A DNA stretch of 59,035 nucleotides, counting the filler, from Sluysia triapertura (Eukaryota): NCBI GenBank assembly GCA_046118255.1. It is 4 parts of 4 records of this genome, joined end to end, with 100 filler letters (N's around TTAATTAATTAA, not from the genome) between each part and the next. Parts side by side here need not be neighbours in the genome. Positions count along the whole stretch, not along the records: positions 12,547 to 31,503 come from JBJNIA010107537.1; 3 more parts are not named here. One strand, written 5' to 3'. The notes under the pieces are model-generated. The model searched no databases and was not told where the DNA came from. It saw only the letters and a program-made list of their open reading frames with translations. This document shows, piece by piece, positions 12,547 through 24,639 of the stretch (the stretch's first letter is position 1; each line of letters begins with the position of its first letter). The position numbers and the translations under genes were made by a program.

Positions 12547-13409
12547 CGTTTCAAAAACTTAAACCTTCAACAAACTTTCATAAACCAAGCTAAACATCTA
12601 ACTTACTCTACATTCTCATCCCTTTTATCACTTTCATTTCTATCTCCATCTTATAGTATTACATATGTCAGAAGAAAGAAAAGAAAACAGCAAGATCATG
12701 TTTTTCAAAGAACCAAGACTTTTATGTGTTTAATTATATATATTCTCTTTATTATTATCACTTTTATTATTACTTCTATTATTATTATCCTTATTATTAT
12801 GCATTATTATTACTTTTCATCATTTTAATTATTATTATTATTAATTACTATTATTAGTCTTATTATCATCAATTACTTTATTATAATTATTACGCCATAT
12901 CTGTACTGTTATTTATTATTATGTAATAATTAAATGCACTACACTTCAACATCCATATGGAATTATTCACAACCCAATCAGAGTACACATTATCTACCAT
13001 CTTTCAATTACTCTGATTGGGCATACTAAAATTAGTGTTGATAATGAGATAAATTTGATTGGTTATGTGAAAAAAAGTAATTACATGCAAAAATAAAGAG
13101 TCATCAAAAAAAAGTAGACAAAAAATATACATACAAAGAGATTAAGAAAAGAAATTAAAAATACAAACCGAGAACAAAGACAGCAAATCAAAAAGAGGAG
13201 CAGCCATACTGAAACGAAATAAGAAAACAGAAAACACAAAAAATTATCTCACGTAAAGAAATAATCTACTTTGGTGAAAATACTACAATTTGAATACGAT
13301 TAACAATACTTGTTCATAACTAAAATCAGACGGCCATCTTTTGCAGTATTTAGTAAAAGATAGAGTAAAAAGTAATTTAATTAGTACACCAACTTCTACA
13401 TTGTTAACG

Positions 13410-15005
13410 ATGTCGAATACCGATCTAGTTAACAATCACTACGATAATTTAAAGAATGATTTGTCAAATCGTAATAAATCATCAACAATTTGCTTGCGAA
13501 ATTTAAGCAATTGGACCAAAAGTGTTCTGATAATCAATGAAATGGATAGTTTTAGACATGATACACGTTTTGTTAAAGTCTTAGATCTTGTTTCTGGCAA
13601 GGTTGGTGACATACTAAAATGGAATAAAGCAGGAGTTGGCCACGTTACATTTTTAGACATTGCAGAAGTTCCAGTTAAAGAGAGTCAAGCAAGATACGAA
13701 AATCGTAAATGTTTATTTTCCGCAGATCCTCACTGTATGGATTTTACAAATAACAATTTCAGCGAAATGTTTAATTGTGAATACGATATTTTAGGCTGCC
13801 AGTTTACATTTCACTATAGCTATGAATCTAATGATCAAGTTTATTCGACAATTAATAATATTTCGAAGGGTTTGAAGCCAAATGTTTTTTTCATAGATAA
13901 AAGACCAAAGTCAAATTCTGTTTATTCTGTTAAATTCAAAAGTATGAATCGTGTAAATAGTCCGAAATGTGATATGAACCATATATTTGGTATCGACATA
14001 AGCATGAACCATGTAAATAATTCGAATGGCGATATGAACCATTTATTTAGTATTGGCATAAGCACGAATCGTATAGATAGTATGAATGATAATGCGAGAC
14101 ATATATTTAGTGTTAGTGAAGGTATCATTTATGTCATTAGTCTGAACGATCATACCAATTGGGTATTTAGCGTCGGTGAAGGTATACATCATGTGAACAG
14201 TCTGAGTTGTGACACAAACCATCAACCTAGCGTTGGCAAAGGTACACAAAATCATAAAGGAGGTATATATTTTTTTAAATGTAATTCAAGTTCAAAAACG
14301 TTTAACTCTTTTCATAATGATATTATTATTTTTTGTAACTTCAGATATACCAACCTGTATCTTGGCAAAATTGGATCCAGTAACGAAGACGAACGATCCA
14401 GCTGCGCACGACTTAACAAATATATGAATCTTGTAAATATTAAAATTTTAATAAATGTTTATTTTAAACGTTTTAAATTCAATGTCTTTAACACTTGCTG
14501 TAAACGATATAAATTAACTAATTTTAACATTCGTCTTAAATGTTTGAAATATTCAGTAGTTAATATAAATGAAAATGTGAATAACCATGACAAAAGTAAG
14601 AATAACACTGAACGCAAAAACTCTATAAGTCTCAAGGACTCTGACCTCAGTCCCGCCAAAGCTCCCGTGAATTTCGAATATTACAACGGCATCAGGTATG
14701 ATCTCATCACCTGCAAAGCTAAATGTAATAGGTGTATTCTAAAAAATGAATTCTCACATCATAAATTGTTACTCAATAACCCGACCGGGTTTAATATATA
14801 TGTTGCCGAATTCAATAACCTTACAAAAGTCGATACTCTATTCGACCATAATCTTAAATTGCGTATTCCGCTAGATGTTTCACTCGACCACATCCATCTT
14901 TATCTGCAGATCATTACGCCCTCTAACTTTGTCATGGCTTTCATTCGTTATAAAACACCAAAGCATAAAAATAATAAAATTTTAAACTCCATACCAGTAT
15001 TATAA
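13410..15005 (+). CDS. Intronless chimeric ORF (531 aa from ATG 13410): degenerate mRNA cap guanine-N7 methyltransferase (RNMT/Abd1-like) domain, 20-aa repeats and an unknown C-terminal region
   Basis: VNNHYDNL, LRNLSNWTKSVLI, VLDLVSGKVGDILKW, FLDIAEVPVKESQARYE, CQFTFHYSYES, LKPNVFFI and NSVYSVKF are RNMT motifs in the correct order. The SAM-binding glycines are replaced and the RNMT C-terminal part is absent. Confidence 0.8.
   Translation: MSNTDLVNNHYDNLKNDLSNRNKSSTICLRNLSNWTKSVLIINEMDSFRHDTRFVKVLDLVSGKVGDILKWNKAGVGHVTFLDIAEVPVKESQARYENRKCLFSADPHCMDFTNNNFSEMFNCEYDILGCQFTFHYSYESNDQVYSTINNISKGLKPNVFFIDKRPKSNSVYSVKFKSMNRVNSPKCDMNHIFGIDISMNHVNNSNGDMNHLFSIGISTNRIDSMNDNARHIFSVSEGIIYVISLNDHTNWVFSVGEGIHHVNSLSCDTNHQPSVGKGTQNHKGGIYFFKCNSSSKTFNSFHNDIIIFCNFRYTNLYLGKIGSSNEDERSSCARLNKYMNLVNIKILINVYFKRFKFNVFNTCCKRYKLTNFNIRLKCLKYSVVNINENVNNHDKSKNNTERKNSISLKDSDLSPAKAPVNFEYYNGIRYDLITCKAKCNRCILKNEFSHHKLLLNNPTGFNIYVAEFNNLTKVDTLFDHNLKLRIPLDVSLDHIHLYLQIITPSNFVMAFIRYKTPKHKNNKILNSIPVL
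13944..14243 (+). repeat. Coding tandem repeat, 5 x 60 nt (20 aa)
   Basis: MNRVNSPKCDMNHIFGIDIS / MNHVNNSNGDMNHLFSIGIS / TNRIDSMNDNARHIFSVSEG / IIYVISLNDHTNWVFSVGEG / IHHVNSLSCDTNHQPSVGKG. Confidence 0.85.
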
Positions 15006-17422
15006 AGAATTCAAATATTTTAAGGTGTTAAATGCTCGTTAATAGTGCGTAAAATATTAAATGATCTCAAAGTTCATAAATACTTTATCAAAGATAATTT
15101 AATGCCTCCCGACTTTTCCTAAGCTTATCTCAAGCCTGCAAAAGATCTCAACACCTTATAAAGTGTTTTGGAATTCTTTATCTCCCAACATCATCATAGA
15201 TGCCTTCACACTCACCCTTTTAATCCAACAATATTTATAATGTTCTATCAATCCATTTTTATGAATTATTCATACAATTCCATATGGTTCCTTCCCATTT
15301 TCTGTTCCACAGTTGCGCAATCTCAACAATATAAAGTAAAAGGTTATATGAAATCTGTTGCATTTGGAAAAAGGAACATTATGTGATTTGTAACGAATAT
15401 TGTGACTAAACAGTTAAATCTTGTAATTAATGGTTAAATCTTTGTGGTTTGAAAAGAAGGAAAATAGGATTGTCTAATGTGTGATTAAAATTGCATCTTA
15501 TATGAATTGTAAAGCTAGTATATGATGATACCTAACTTTATGCATTATGAATTGAGCTAAGGTGACTCATTTACTTTGATTTTTCTAAACTGCACTCAAT
15601 GCAATATTTTGTAAAATCACATCTGCATTAACTTTTATGATTTCCTTCATATTTTAATCTTTTAATTATGAAAATCATTTACACTGTATATCATACTCAG
15701 ATCATACATCTAGAGGTTCGTTTTAGGATATGTTTCTAGCATATTCGAATAATCTACGGCGTGAGATTTTTTGTTATCACGTATATTTCATTAAAACAAT
15801 ATTTTATACTCAGATCTCGAATACTTATCAAATACTTTACAAAATTGACTAAGAGAATTTCTTGCAAGTACAGTTTTCATTGAAAGTAACACGCACGTTT
15901 CAATAGCGTAATTTGCATTTGAATTATTTTTGTCATGTGAGTTTAATATTCCATTAAATAATTCATTTCATTTCGAATTTGAGCAACTGCTGAGTAAATT
16001 TTAACTGACTTGACATAAATTCATGCTCCACTTTCATTCATACAATAACATTACAAAATAACGGTGACAAAACCAAAATATATACTTAAACCCTTCGCTC
16101 CCAACCACGAATATACTCATGATACGCAATATAGATTATAACGTACAACTTGTGGAGAGCTTACAAACATTTTATAGCCACAAACATAAACTTGACACGA
16201 TGGCTACAAATAAATTGTTTTTACAAAAATTCTACTTTATTTATTAATTTGTTATGTTTACACCTTCCCAACTCAGTTAGAGTCAAATTGTTCAATATTA
16301 CATAATCCCGTTCTCTAACACGAAATAGAATCCAAGTAATCTTTTTCAAATTTACAGAAAGTGTCCCGCTTTTCAGTATTTTCATACTCTTTAAAAATAC
16401 TATATTTGTGTAATTCATGATGTTTTTTGCTTAAACGTGTGTGCAAATAAGAAAAAGGATATCGAGTCTTCTTCCATTCATTCCCATTGTCAACCACACG
16501 AGCATACTCGTGTTCGATGATTATTTGACAAAATGTGTGGAATTTATATTGATATAATAAATCTTAGATAAACAACACTCAAAACAGAAATGGCAAAGTG
16601 AATAACTTCATACAATTTAAGACTGGCAACGAATGGATTAAAATAAACGATCAAATAAGCTTCAAATTTCGTTAGTTCGTACAGACACGAGCACAATAAT
16701 AGTGATGATGATTTCAATGATACAGAAATTACACAATGCATAAATATGTTTTAGTTCTAGCTCCTAGATTTAATTATAAAATGCATTGGCCTATCCTACA
16801 AAATTAGAACCAAATGTTTGTAAAATTCATGGAGCAAGTTAAATTTAATCAAACCTGTTTTAAAAAATATATTTATTATAAATCAAACAAGCACAATCAA
16901 GCAACAGCAAAATTCAGAAAATTTTTTACAAGTTTAAAAACAATTCACTTAATGACAAGACTATGGAAAATTTAAAAATACTCAAAGTTAGAAAATCAAT
17001 TGAAAAATCCAATTAAAGTTGCTGACGATTTGATTGTCGTTTAACTAGGAAAAGAAATAAATTGTTTAAATAGGACAAACTGTTTTTGATTTAGGTAAAT
17101 TAAAAATGTATCTATATACTGATTCTATATAATTTCTGAATTTTTCACGAAGAAGCTATAATATCTATCTCAATTAACAAACATAAGTACTATAAGTGAT
17201 GCACATACAGACAGACAGACAGACTCCAATATTACATTTTTATTTGACAATCAGAATTTAAAAATAAACGTGCATTATTATTTATTATTATTATTATTCA
17301 ATTTTGTACGTTTTGAAGGATTGCAAATAAACAAATAATTGCACACACAAATCAATTGAATAAAACTAAAAGAACGTCGGGTTGAAGTAGAAATCACAGA
17401 TTACGTAGATTATCTTCTTTCA

Positions 17423-20400
17423 TCAAGCATTTTCATCCGATAAGGAATGAAGAGTATCATCTTCATTCTGCAATTCCATTTCTCGAACTAAACTGCTCAA
17501 TCGAATTCCTTCGTCACTGTCGCCTTCTCTTTCTTGTACTGGTGATATATTAGTAGTAATCGCTTCACCATCAGCATTAACAACAGCTTCTTCAAGTTCT
17601 TCCGAAGACGCTAATAAAGCATCTCCTTGATGAAGTAATGAAACTGCTTGATTGTCTACTGTGATTATGTATTCTGGATTGGGTGGTTCTGGAAGAAATT
17701 CCACACCAGGAAGCATTTTATTGATTATTGCATTGGCCTAAAATATTTAAAAAAAATGTAATATAGACCACACAAAATATTTCGATCACTCTCGAACTTT
17801 AAATATCGTTTTGGAATTACAATGGATCAGAATGCCGGATAAAGGGGTGACTGCCTGGGGTGCCACTATAAAATATTTTTTTAGATTTTATAAATTAAAA
17901 TCGATCTTTTTCGTGAGACATCGATTTTTTATCAAGAAATAAATTTTTTCTTTAATACTAAATAAAGGTCACAAAGTTAATTATTTTAATATTGTGAACT
18001 GTTTACAAACTTATTTTCAAAAAAATTAATTTAATTAACTATAATATTGAATTTTTCACAAATAGCATTACAAAAAATCTTGTATGTCACACGTATGTAA
18101 CATAAATAGCATAAACCCTAGATCGGGCCCTGGATCCGAAAATGTTTAATGAAATAAATCTGGATATATTCTTAATTCGTTGACAGAACAAATAATTTGA
18201 CAATATGCTTATCTAATCACATTAAATAATCACATATCACACATCATCGAAACCATTTGTTCACAATTTTATTATTTTCCTTTATTTTAACTATAGAAAC
18301 CATTATACTAGAACACTTGCACACACACAAGGGAGATTATTTTCTTATATTTAATCCAACCTCATTAAAGCAAGTATCCAACTCCAGACCATCTAATTGG
18401 CTGCTCACTGATTGAATATAAAAACCGAGTTTCTCTTTTTTGTCTTCTGATTGCTGTTGTTGCTGTATTGATTCGTGTAAAGTGAAATTGAAATCAACAT
18501 CAATATCCGAATAATCAGGCAATGAAAAGAAACTCTGAAAAAGAATTGATGGCTTTATCGAACCGGGATTACCGATATCGTCTGAAAATATTATAAAATA
18601 TAACATAAAATATCATAGAATATCAATAGATGTAAATAGTTAATTTCAACCAAACTATTATTATTATTATTATTATTATTATTTAGTGTTTATTCCAAAA
18701 TAAGTGTTAATTACTACTAGCTCTATTCAAAATGATTGTCTCATTTGACATATGTTGCTAACTTAACAATATAATAAGATGATAATGAGTCATTTGTTTA
18801 TGAACAATAGAGAATTATAAAATAATTTTTGGTAAGTAATTATTCAATAATTATAATAATTTTATAAATAACTACCAATTTCTGGAATTTGTAATTTTTA
18901 GCTGTGTTCAAAAACAACTCGCTGCTGTTTTCTTTTCAGTCCAAATAACTTTAAATCATGGAATAAAGCACATAAATTTAAGTGTACGAGAGAAATGCCA
19001 TCCTGAAAACACTTCTGGTGCGATATAACAATAAAAAATTGCCAAAAGGATTATAAAAAATGAATGGAATTATTAACTTAATTTGTCAGCCTCCTAAAAG
19101 TCCACATTTTAATGTACTTGATTTAGGATATTTCAATACAATTCAGTCTATTCAATATCAAAAATATTGACGATCTTCTTGCCGTAGTTCAACGTACTCG
19201 GAGGATCATGCTGTCGAAAAAGTAGAAAATATTTTCTTGACTCTTCAAAAAGACTTCGAAAGTTCAATGTTAGCTGGAGGAGGCAATAATTATCTACTAG
19301 CACATCTTGGGAAAGAAGCATTGCGAAGAAATGAAGAATAAACTTCCAGAAATTGGGAAGCAATTGAAACTGCTGACAATGTCTGTGATATAATATAATT
19401 TGTAATAAAATATTTTCATGAATAAAGACGATCATTTTTGAAAGGGGATAGTATTACTTTTAAGTGACTGCATTATATAAATATTCCTTTTTCTTTTAAA
19501 ATTTCCGTGAATGACACCGAACTCTTATTTTGACGTGTGCATTCATAATACAAACTGCTTTAAATCCTATTCAAATCCGACAAAAAATGTTTCTGTCAGC
19601 AGCTGCATAATTGTACACGTATTTTGTGATTTTAAGAATTTATTTATTAAATTTATAAAAAATGCAATTTAAATAGATACTATTATTTATTATTGATAGA
19701 AAATAAGAAACTCGAGCATTCGCTCCCACAGAATTTCTGACGAAGTAATGATTCGTCAGATAAACTGGTCTCGTATTTTTCATAAACACTCAGTACATTG
19801 AATTAGAAAAGGTGATTATCGTACTTATTTCAAATCTACAAATTTTACAAATCTGAAAAGTAAAAAGTATAAAGTATATTTCTGTTTCACATTTAACTAT
19901 ATTTTCTTCATGGAAAATTCTAATTATATAAACATACCACGTTTCAAACTTTTTATTTAAGAGACTACACAGAATTAGTATTTTATTGATATTCCCGTTT
20001 TTTTCAATACCTTTAAACACCTTTTTGTCATCGAATCAATCAATGTATTTACTCTTTTTATTTCAATCTTTTCCAAAACATCCAACATTGATTTTTTAAC
20101 TGAGATATATTGTTATACTGTTTGTCTTGATAATTGAGACCATAAATTTTCTATTGGATTGAGGTCAGGAGATCTTGCTGGCCACTCTGACACTTTTCAT
20201 CCATCTTTACTGAACTTATTATGTGCAGTTTTAGATGAATGACAAGGAGCGCTATCCTGTTGAAAGATTGCATTGATAATTTCTGGAAGTTCGACTTACC
20301 GAACTACTACTTCTTTTATCAATCATAGTACTTATCACTATTACGAGTTGATGGAACCACACTTAAAGCTAGCTTTTTATCATAAATTATGGCAACTCGT

Positions 20401-23243
20401 AACCGTAACTGATCCCCCACCCCAAATTCGCTCAGAAAATATTTCTTTTGAATCCTTTAGATGCCAATTCTTTCACGTTCTACTTCATTCATTTTTCTTT
20501 TAAGAACAATTTTTTAAACCGTCAATAAAAATATACCTGTGTCAATAATATAGTCTTTGAAATAATATAATGTATTATGAAGATGATATTACGTCTTATT
20601 ATAGTTTTATCTCTACTTTTTTACATTTGTATCCTGCTACAAACGTTTTGCCGGTGTTTTTCTTATTTTAATTTGGTAAGCAAAATATCATAGTGGGTTT
20701 TTCTATAATGTACGCTTTATACCTAATAATAGGAGACGCACGTAGATAGAGCAATACTTTTTAAAATTAGTTTGAATGAGGGTCACTCTGAAAAACTATT
20801 TCTTTTAAAAACTGAAAAAACTAAGTTAATAATTTTAATTATTAGCACACTAAAACGGTTAAACAAAACTAGAAACAATATAATAATAATAATAATAACA
20901 CATACTGTATTATTTTAATTAGATTTTTTGATTTGTTTAAACTAACCTTATTACTAATAAACATACAAATTTATAAATAAAAAATCCCGGATAGGACGTA
21001 AAATTTTGATATATTGATTACTACACAGTATGTAACTCGAACTGAACCTGAAAGAATATGTTTCCAATTTAGTTACTGGTTGAAAAATTATCTTGACGTC
21101 TTGATTGTAGGTGTGCAATTTCTTACGTGTCTTATATAAAATTTACTCTTATTTATATACTGCTTTGTTAAGTGCTTAGTGTTTGCAAAAACATATAATG
21201 AATTTAATTTAATGCATTTCCTATTTGCTTAATTGAATTTTGTTTATTCTGTAATTTGTTTAAATTTATTTTAAACTTTAAATTTTTTAAATTTATTTTA
21301 AAATTATCTTAATTATTGTTTATTTTTAATTAATTTTACTTAAAGTTTAATTTTTATCATTGCATGAGATTGCTTTTACATAACCGCAAACTTAAATAAA
21401 AATTAGATGTCAAAAACAACAAATGTAATTTCTTCTTTTATGTCATTTTATGTTATATTTATTTTCTTCTGCGAATAGTAATCTTTGTAATGACTTTTGT
21501 TGTGTGATCTTATTGATTTTGTTTTGACGTCATTGCTTGTTTTTTGTTCAGCGTGCGCTTCTGGACCCTCATTCTGAAAAATGCAGCGAAGGACTTTAGA
21601 TTGAAACGAACATATCTTCGATATTAAGAATTACTATGCAAGGATTAGCTACAAGCATGTTGTAAAAAGATGGGAAGCAAACTCAGAAGACTTGCACTGA
21701 GTAAGTCGACAATGTTCAATCTTGTACCCAAATTTGAAGTAACTGGAAGTGTCAAATGCTCATAAAGAAGGTTATCCGAAAACAGTTCGTTCATCTGAAT
21801 ACAGGTATAGAGTGGCAGCTGTATTTGTTCATTCTCCTAAAAATCTATCCTCCACACATCGAAAGAGCTGAAAATTTCTCGAACCTCACTTTACCGTATA
21901 TGGTATGACATTGGTCTAAAACCATACTGATCTCGTCTTCTTCATGCCTTAAGTAAGGATAACCCGGATAATTTTTTACTATTTTGTGAATAATCACCAG
22001 ATTTTCCAGATTTCAGAGGAAACTTGCTAGAAAGTATGTTGCAGTGTTGTCAAAAGATGTTGAATATTTATAAATACTAAATATAGCTATTAAATTTGTC
22101 GTTTTTGTAATCTAATTTTTATTTAAGTTTGCGATTCGGTTACTTTTGGGACACCTTGCATATATAAAAGTTTGATGATATCAAGGATTGTATAAGAAAA
22201 TGATTTGTTAAATAAGATATGTATTTAACTATCATTCTGTAGATCCAAGTTCATATGCAGAGATGTACTTAAAACAATAGCCAACATTGAGCCTAATTTC
22301 ATTGTACCGACTGTGGCATTGTCACTAACAATCACTATTCTTTGTAAATTTAAATAAATATTGCTTCATTGAAACAAAAGCTGTTCTGATATTGCAAAAC
22401 ATTTGTCAAATAAATTGACTCATTTTATCGATTCAAAATACAATAATTAACCCTTTACGGACCTATTGTATTTCCATTGAATCCTCTGCAGGTCCTACTT
22501 AATTCCAGCGAAAACACAAAATTTTCACAATTAAACGCCTGATTCAAAAAAATATACGTTTATGTTATATTTATGAATATAGCGTCGGGATCACCTCAAA
22601 GGGTTAAGGTCGCACGCTTTTCGAAAGAGTATACATTAAAATGGTATTGTTTAATAAAATAATACTTACATTTCTGAAATAATTGTTCAATGTACGATGA
22701 ATACAGTTCTCGAGGTGAATCGCGCTCGTCGAGTGAAGTAGCGATAAAGTGAACTATATCTAAATGAACAACAAACATTAATTTCATAAAACATATGGTG
22801 TGTCTGGGTTAGTCGAATTATATCATTTAGCCAATAAAAACCAATACTCGATTTCTTATCCAATAAAATTTCAGAGTCAATGTGTGCAATAAAAAATGAT
22901 AAAAGTTAACAAAATAAGAGAAGGTGTGCGAAGTTAAAGAAAAACACAATCAATTATCAAGTATTGAATATTATTCATAAATAATAATTGAATTACGAAT
23001 TGCAAGCAGATCTTAGCAATATTAAGAACGAATGAATTTGTTCAGCATTGTAAATAAATTGATAGATAATATTATTACTTTCTAGAAAAAGCACTATTTT
23101 TTAATCCATTGTTACATGAAATAACAAAATCTAAAAAATGACTCACATAATTCGGAATTGTCATTGTGCCTCTTTTCAACAGGCAGTTCCAACAGTATGA
23201 TGGGTTGTGTGGTATTATCTCGATACAATGGCAAAAGCAATAT
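17423..23243 (-). CDS. CHM: Rab escort protein (Rab geranylgeranyltransferase component A, REP/CHM homologue), four 3' exons: 23243-23147, 22759-22670, 18581-18361, 17737-17423
   Basis: Phase-compatible GT-AG splicing gives ILLLPLYRDNTTQPIILLELPVEKRHNDNSELY-IVHFIATSLDERDSPRELYSSYIEQLFQKY-DIGNPGSIKPSILFQSFFSLPDYSDI...LELDTCFNE-ANAIINKMLPGVEFLPEPPNPEYII plus an acidic tail. This is collinear with the REP1 C-terminus (VRVIEL, YLVHL, KPRILW, F.PPPPNPEDII). Confidence 0.85.
17828..18132. mobile_element. hAT (Tip100-like) non-autonomous element in a REP intron
   Basis: Imperfect TIRs: left CAGAATGCCGGATAAAGGGG; reverse complement of the right end CAGGGCCCGATCTAGGG. No clean TSD. Confidence 0.45.
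18717..19451 (+). mobile_element. Internally deleted DD39D (plant-mariner/Stowaway-type) Tc1/mariner element
   Basis: NLICQPPKSPHFNVLDLGYFNTIQSIQYQK...IDDLLAVV...ENIFLTLQ...GGGNNYLLAHLGK. The TIRs are TA-flanked: left CTAGCTCTATTCAAAATGATTGTC, right (reverse complement) CTATCCCCTTTCAAAAATGATCGTC. Confidence 0.85.
19975..20500 (-). mobile_element. Tc1 (DD34E-type) transposase C-terminal relic
   Basis: AIFQQDSAPCHSSK...EWPARSPDLNPIENLWSQL...LIDSMTKRCLKVLKKTGISIKY*, with stops and frameshifts. Confidence 0.9.
21380..22158 (+). mobile_element. Internally deleted Tc1/mariner element, DD41D(rosa)-like
   Basis: The inverted repeat CGCAAACTTAAATAAAAATTAGAT lies near both ends, and the right terminus reads CAAGGTGTCCCAAAAG on the reverse strand. 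The interior encodes an HTH N-terminus: SKSTMFNLVPKFEVTGSV...PKTVRSSE...SPK...ELKISRTSLYRI...GLKPY. Confidence 0.8.
22165..22435 (+). pseudogene. Possible decayed C2H2 zinc-finger array
   Basis: Frameshifted pieces KFICRD, FHCTDCGIVTNNHYSL and CKTF. Confidence 0.3.
22451..22603. mobile_element. piggyBac-derived MITE (153 bp)
   Basis: TTAA-CCCTTT...AAAGGG-TTAA termini. Confidence 0.75.
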
Positions 23244-24337
23244 CTAAATAAAATTAGAAATTATTTTTTAAAATAATAGTTCATGTGCGATTTGTCTATG
23301 GTTTTATTATCATTCTCGAATAATATTAATAAGAAATAATGGCCTCTTTTGAACCACAATACCCAGGTAACGTTTTATTGTTTTTGATAGTAATATAATA
23401 TAATATAATATAATCAATAAGAAATTAAAAGTAAAATGTCAGATAAATAAACATAATTCTCCTCCGTCTCGTCCTCATCTGGCTCCGCAAAATGATGACA
23501 CTATCAAACACTCTCACAACATCAACGATTTACTTTCAATTACTCATTTTTTACATATTCACATCCACACACACCACATATTTCAATGATCTCTACATGA
23601 ACATCAAATATTCTTCATTACATTATAATTTACCATTGTTATTATAATGTAATGTTACGAGTCAATTTACCCTTCTAATACTTCTCAATTACTTAAAGTA
23701 ATTGACCTACAATCATAAATGAACAGAATATCAAATTAGTGCGTTCATCTGCGACCCAAGACTTACAAACTGAATGGCTTGTTCAGAGAATTTTGATGAA
23801 AGAATTATATTAAAGATTGTGGAAATCAAGTTATATATCTATGCCATTTGAGTATATTTAGTCGTACTAATTGGGTCTGTAACTCCTTAACACCGAGGAT
23901 CAACATGGATGCTAATAAAAATACCAACTAACTAATAAGGTGGATGCAAGGGACTCGTAATTACACTTATAAAGTTTTAAGTATTGTCAGTGAACAAAAG
24001 TTCGATTAATAAACGAACATTGATACGTTAAATATATACAATACTTTTTCCCGAATAATCGTAGCAAGCTTTATTTTAATACCCAGAACAATGGATATCC
24101 AGTGAACCTCAACCCAATCGATCTGATGGAAAAGGAAACCGATGTTAGATAGAGAATTAACTTCAGCAATAATGTTTATAACGAAGATCGAATCCTTGTA
24201 AAGGTGTTTTAGAGGTACTTGAAGAATCTACCAAGTTGAATCGATCAAGCCAAGCAAAATTATAGTAAAGTGTTATGTATTACTATATTACTATACTACT
24301 AAATAGTTTTGTCGATGTTATATATGGGACATCCATC

Positions 24338-24448
24338 TGTCAGACTTCATAAAATTGACTGACTGGAATAGAACCCAGCCACATTTAGCAATTTTATTTT
24401 ATTATTATATGGCATTTTAGGCCTGTACCACAACACCTCCCCACTTTT
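24338..24448 (-). mobile_element. tRNA-containing LTR-like element preceded by a polypurine tract (5' half of the tRNA deleted)
   Basis: Minus strand: AAAAGTGGGGAGG | TGTTGTGGTACAGGCCTAAAATGCCATA...TTGCTAAATGTGGCTGGGTTCTATTCCAGTCAGTCAATTTTATGAAGTCTGACA. Confidence 0.7.
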
Positions 24449-24586
24449 AATGTATATTTTGGTTTAGACAAAAAAATAAATCTTTTATTTTATATTGTTA
24501 GAGCGGGAAAATCAATGTCGAAATCGATAGTTTAATACTAATGATAATACAATATAACAATTATTCTAAATAATTATTTTAGTAAT

Positions 24587-24639
<53 letters not shown>

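Noticed and set aside
13410-13940. Viral (poxvirus/NCLDV) capping enzyme indicating an endogenous virus
   Set aside because: The motifs look like cellular RNMT, there is no triphosphatase or guanylyltransferase part, and no other viral genes are nearby.
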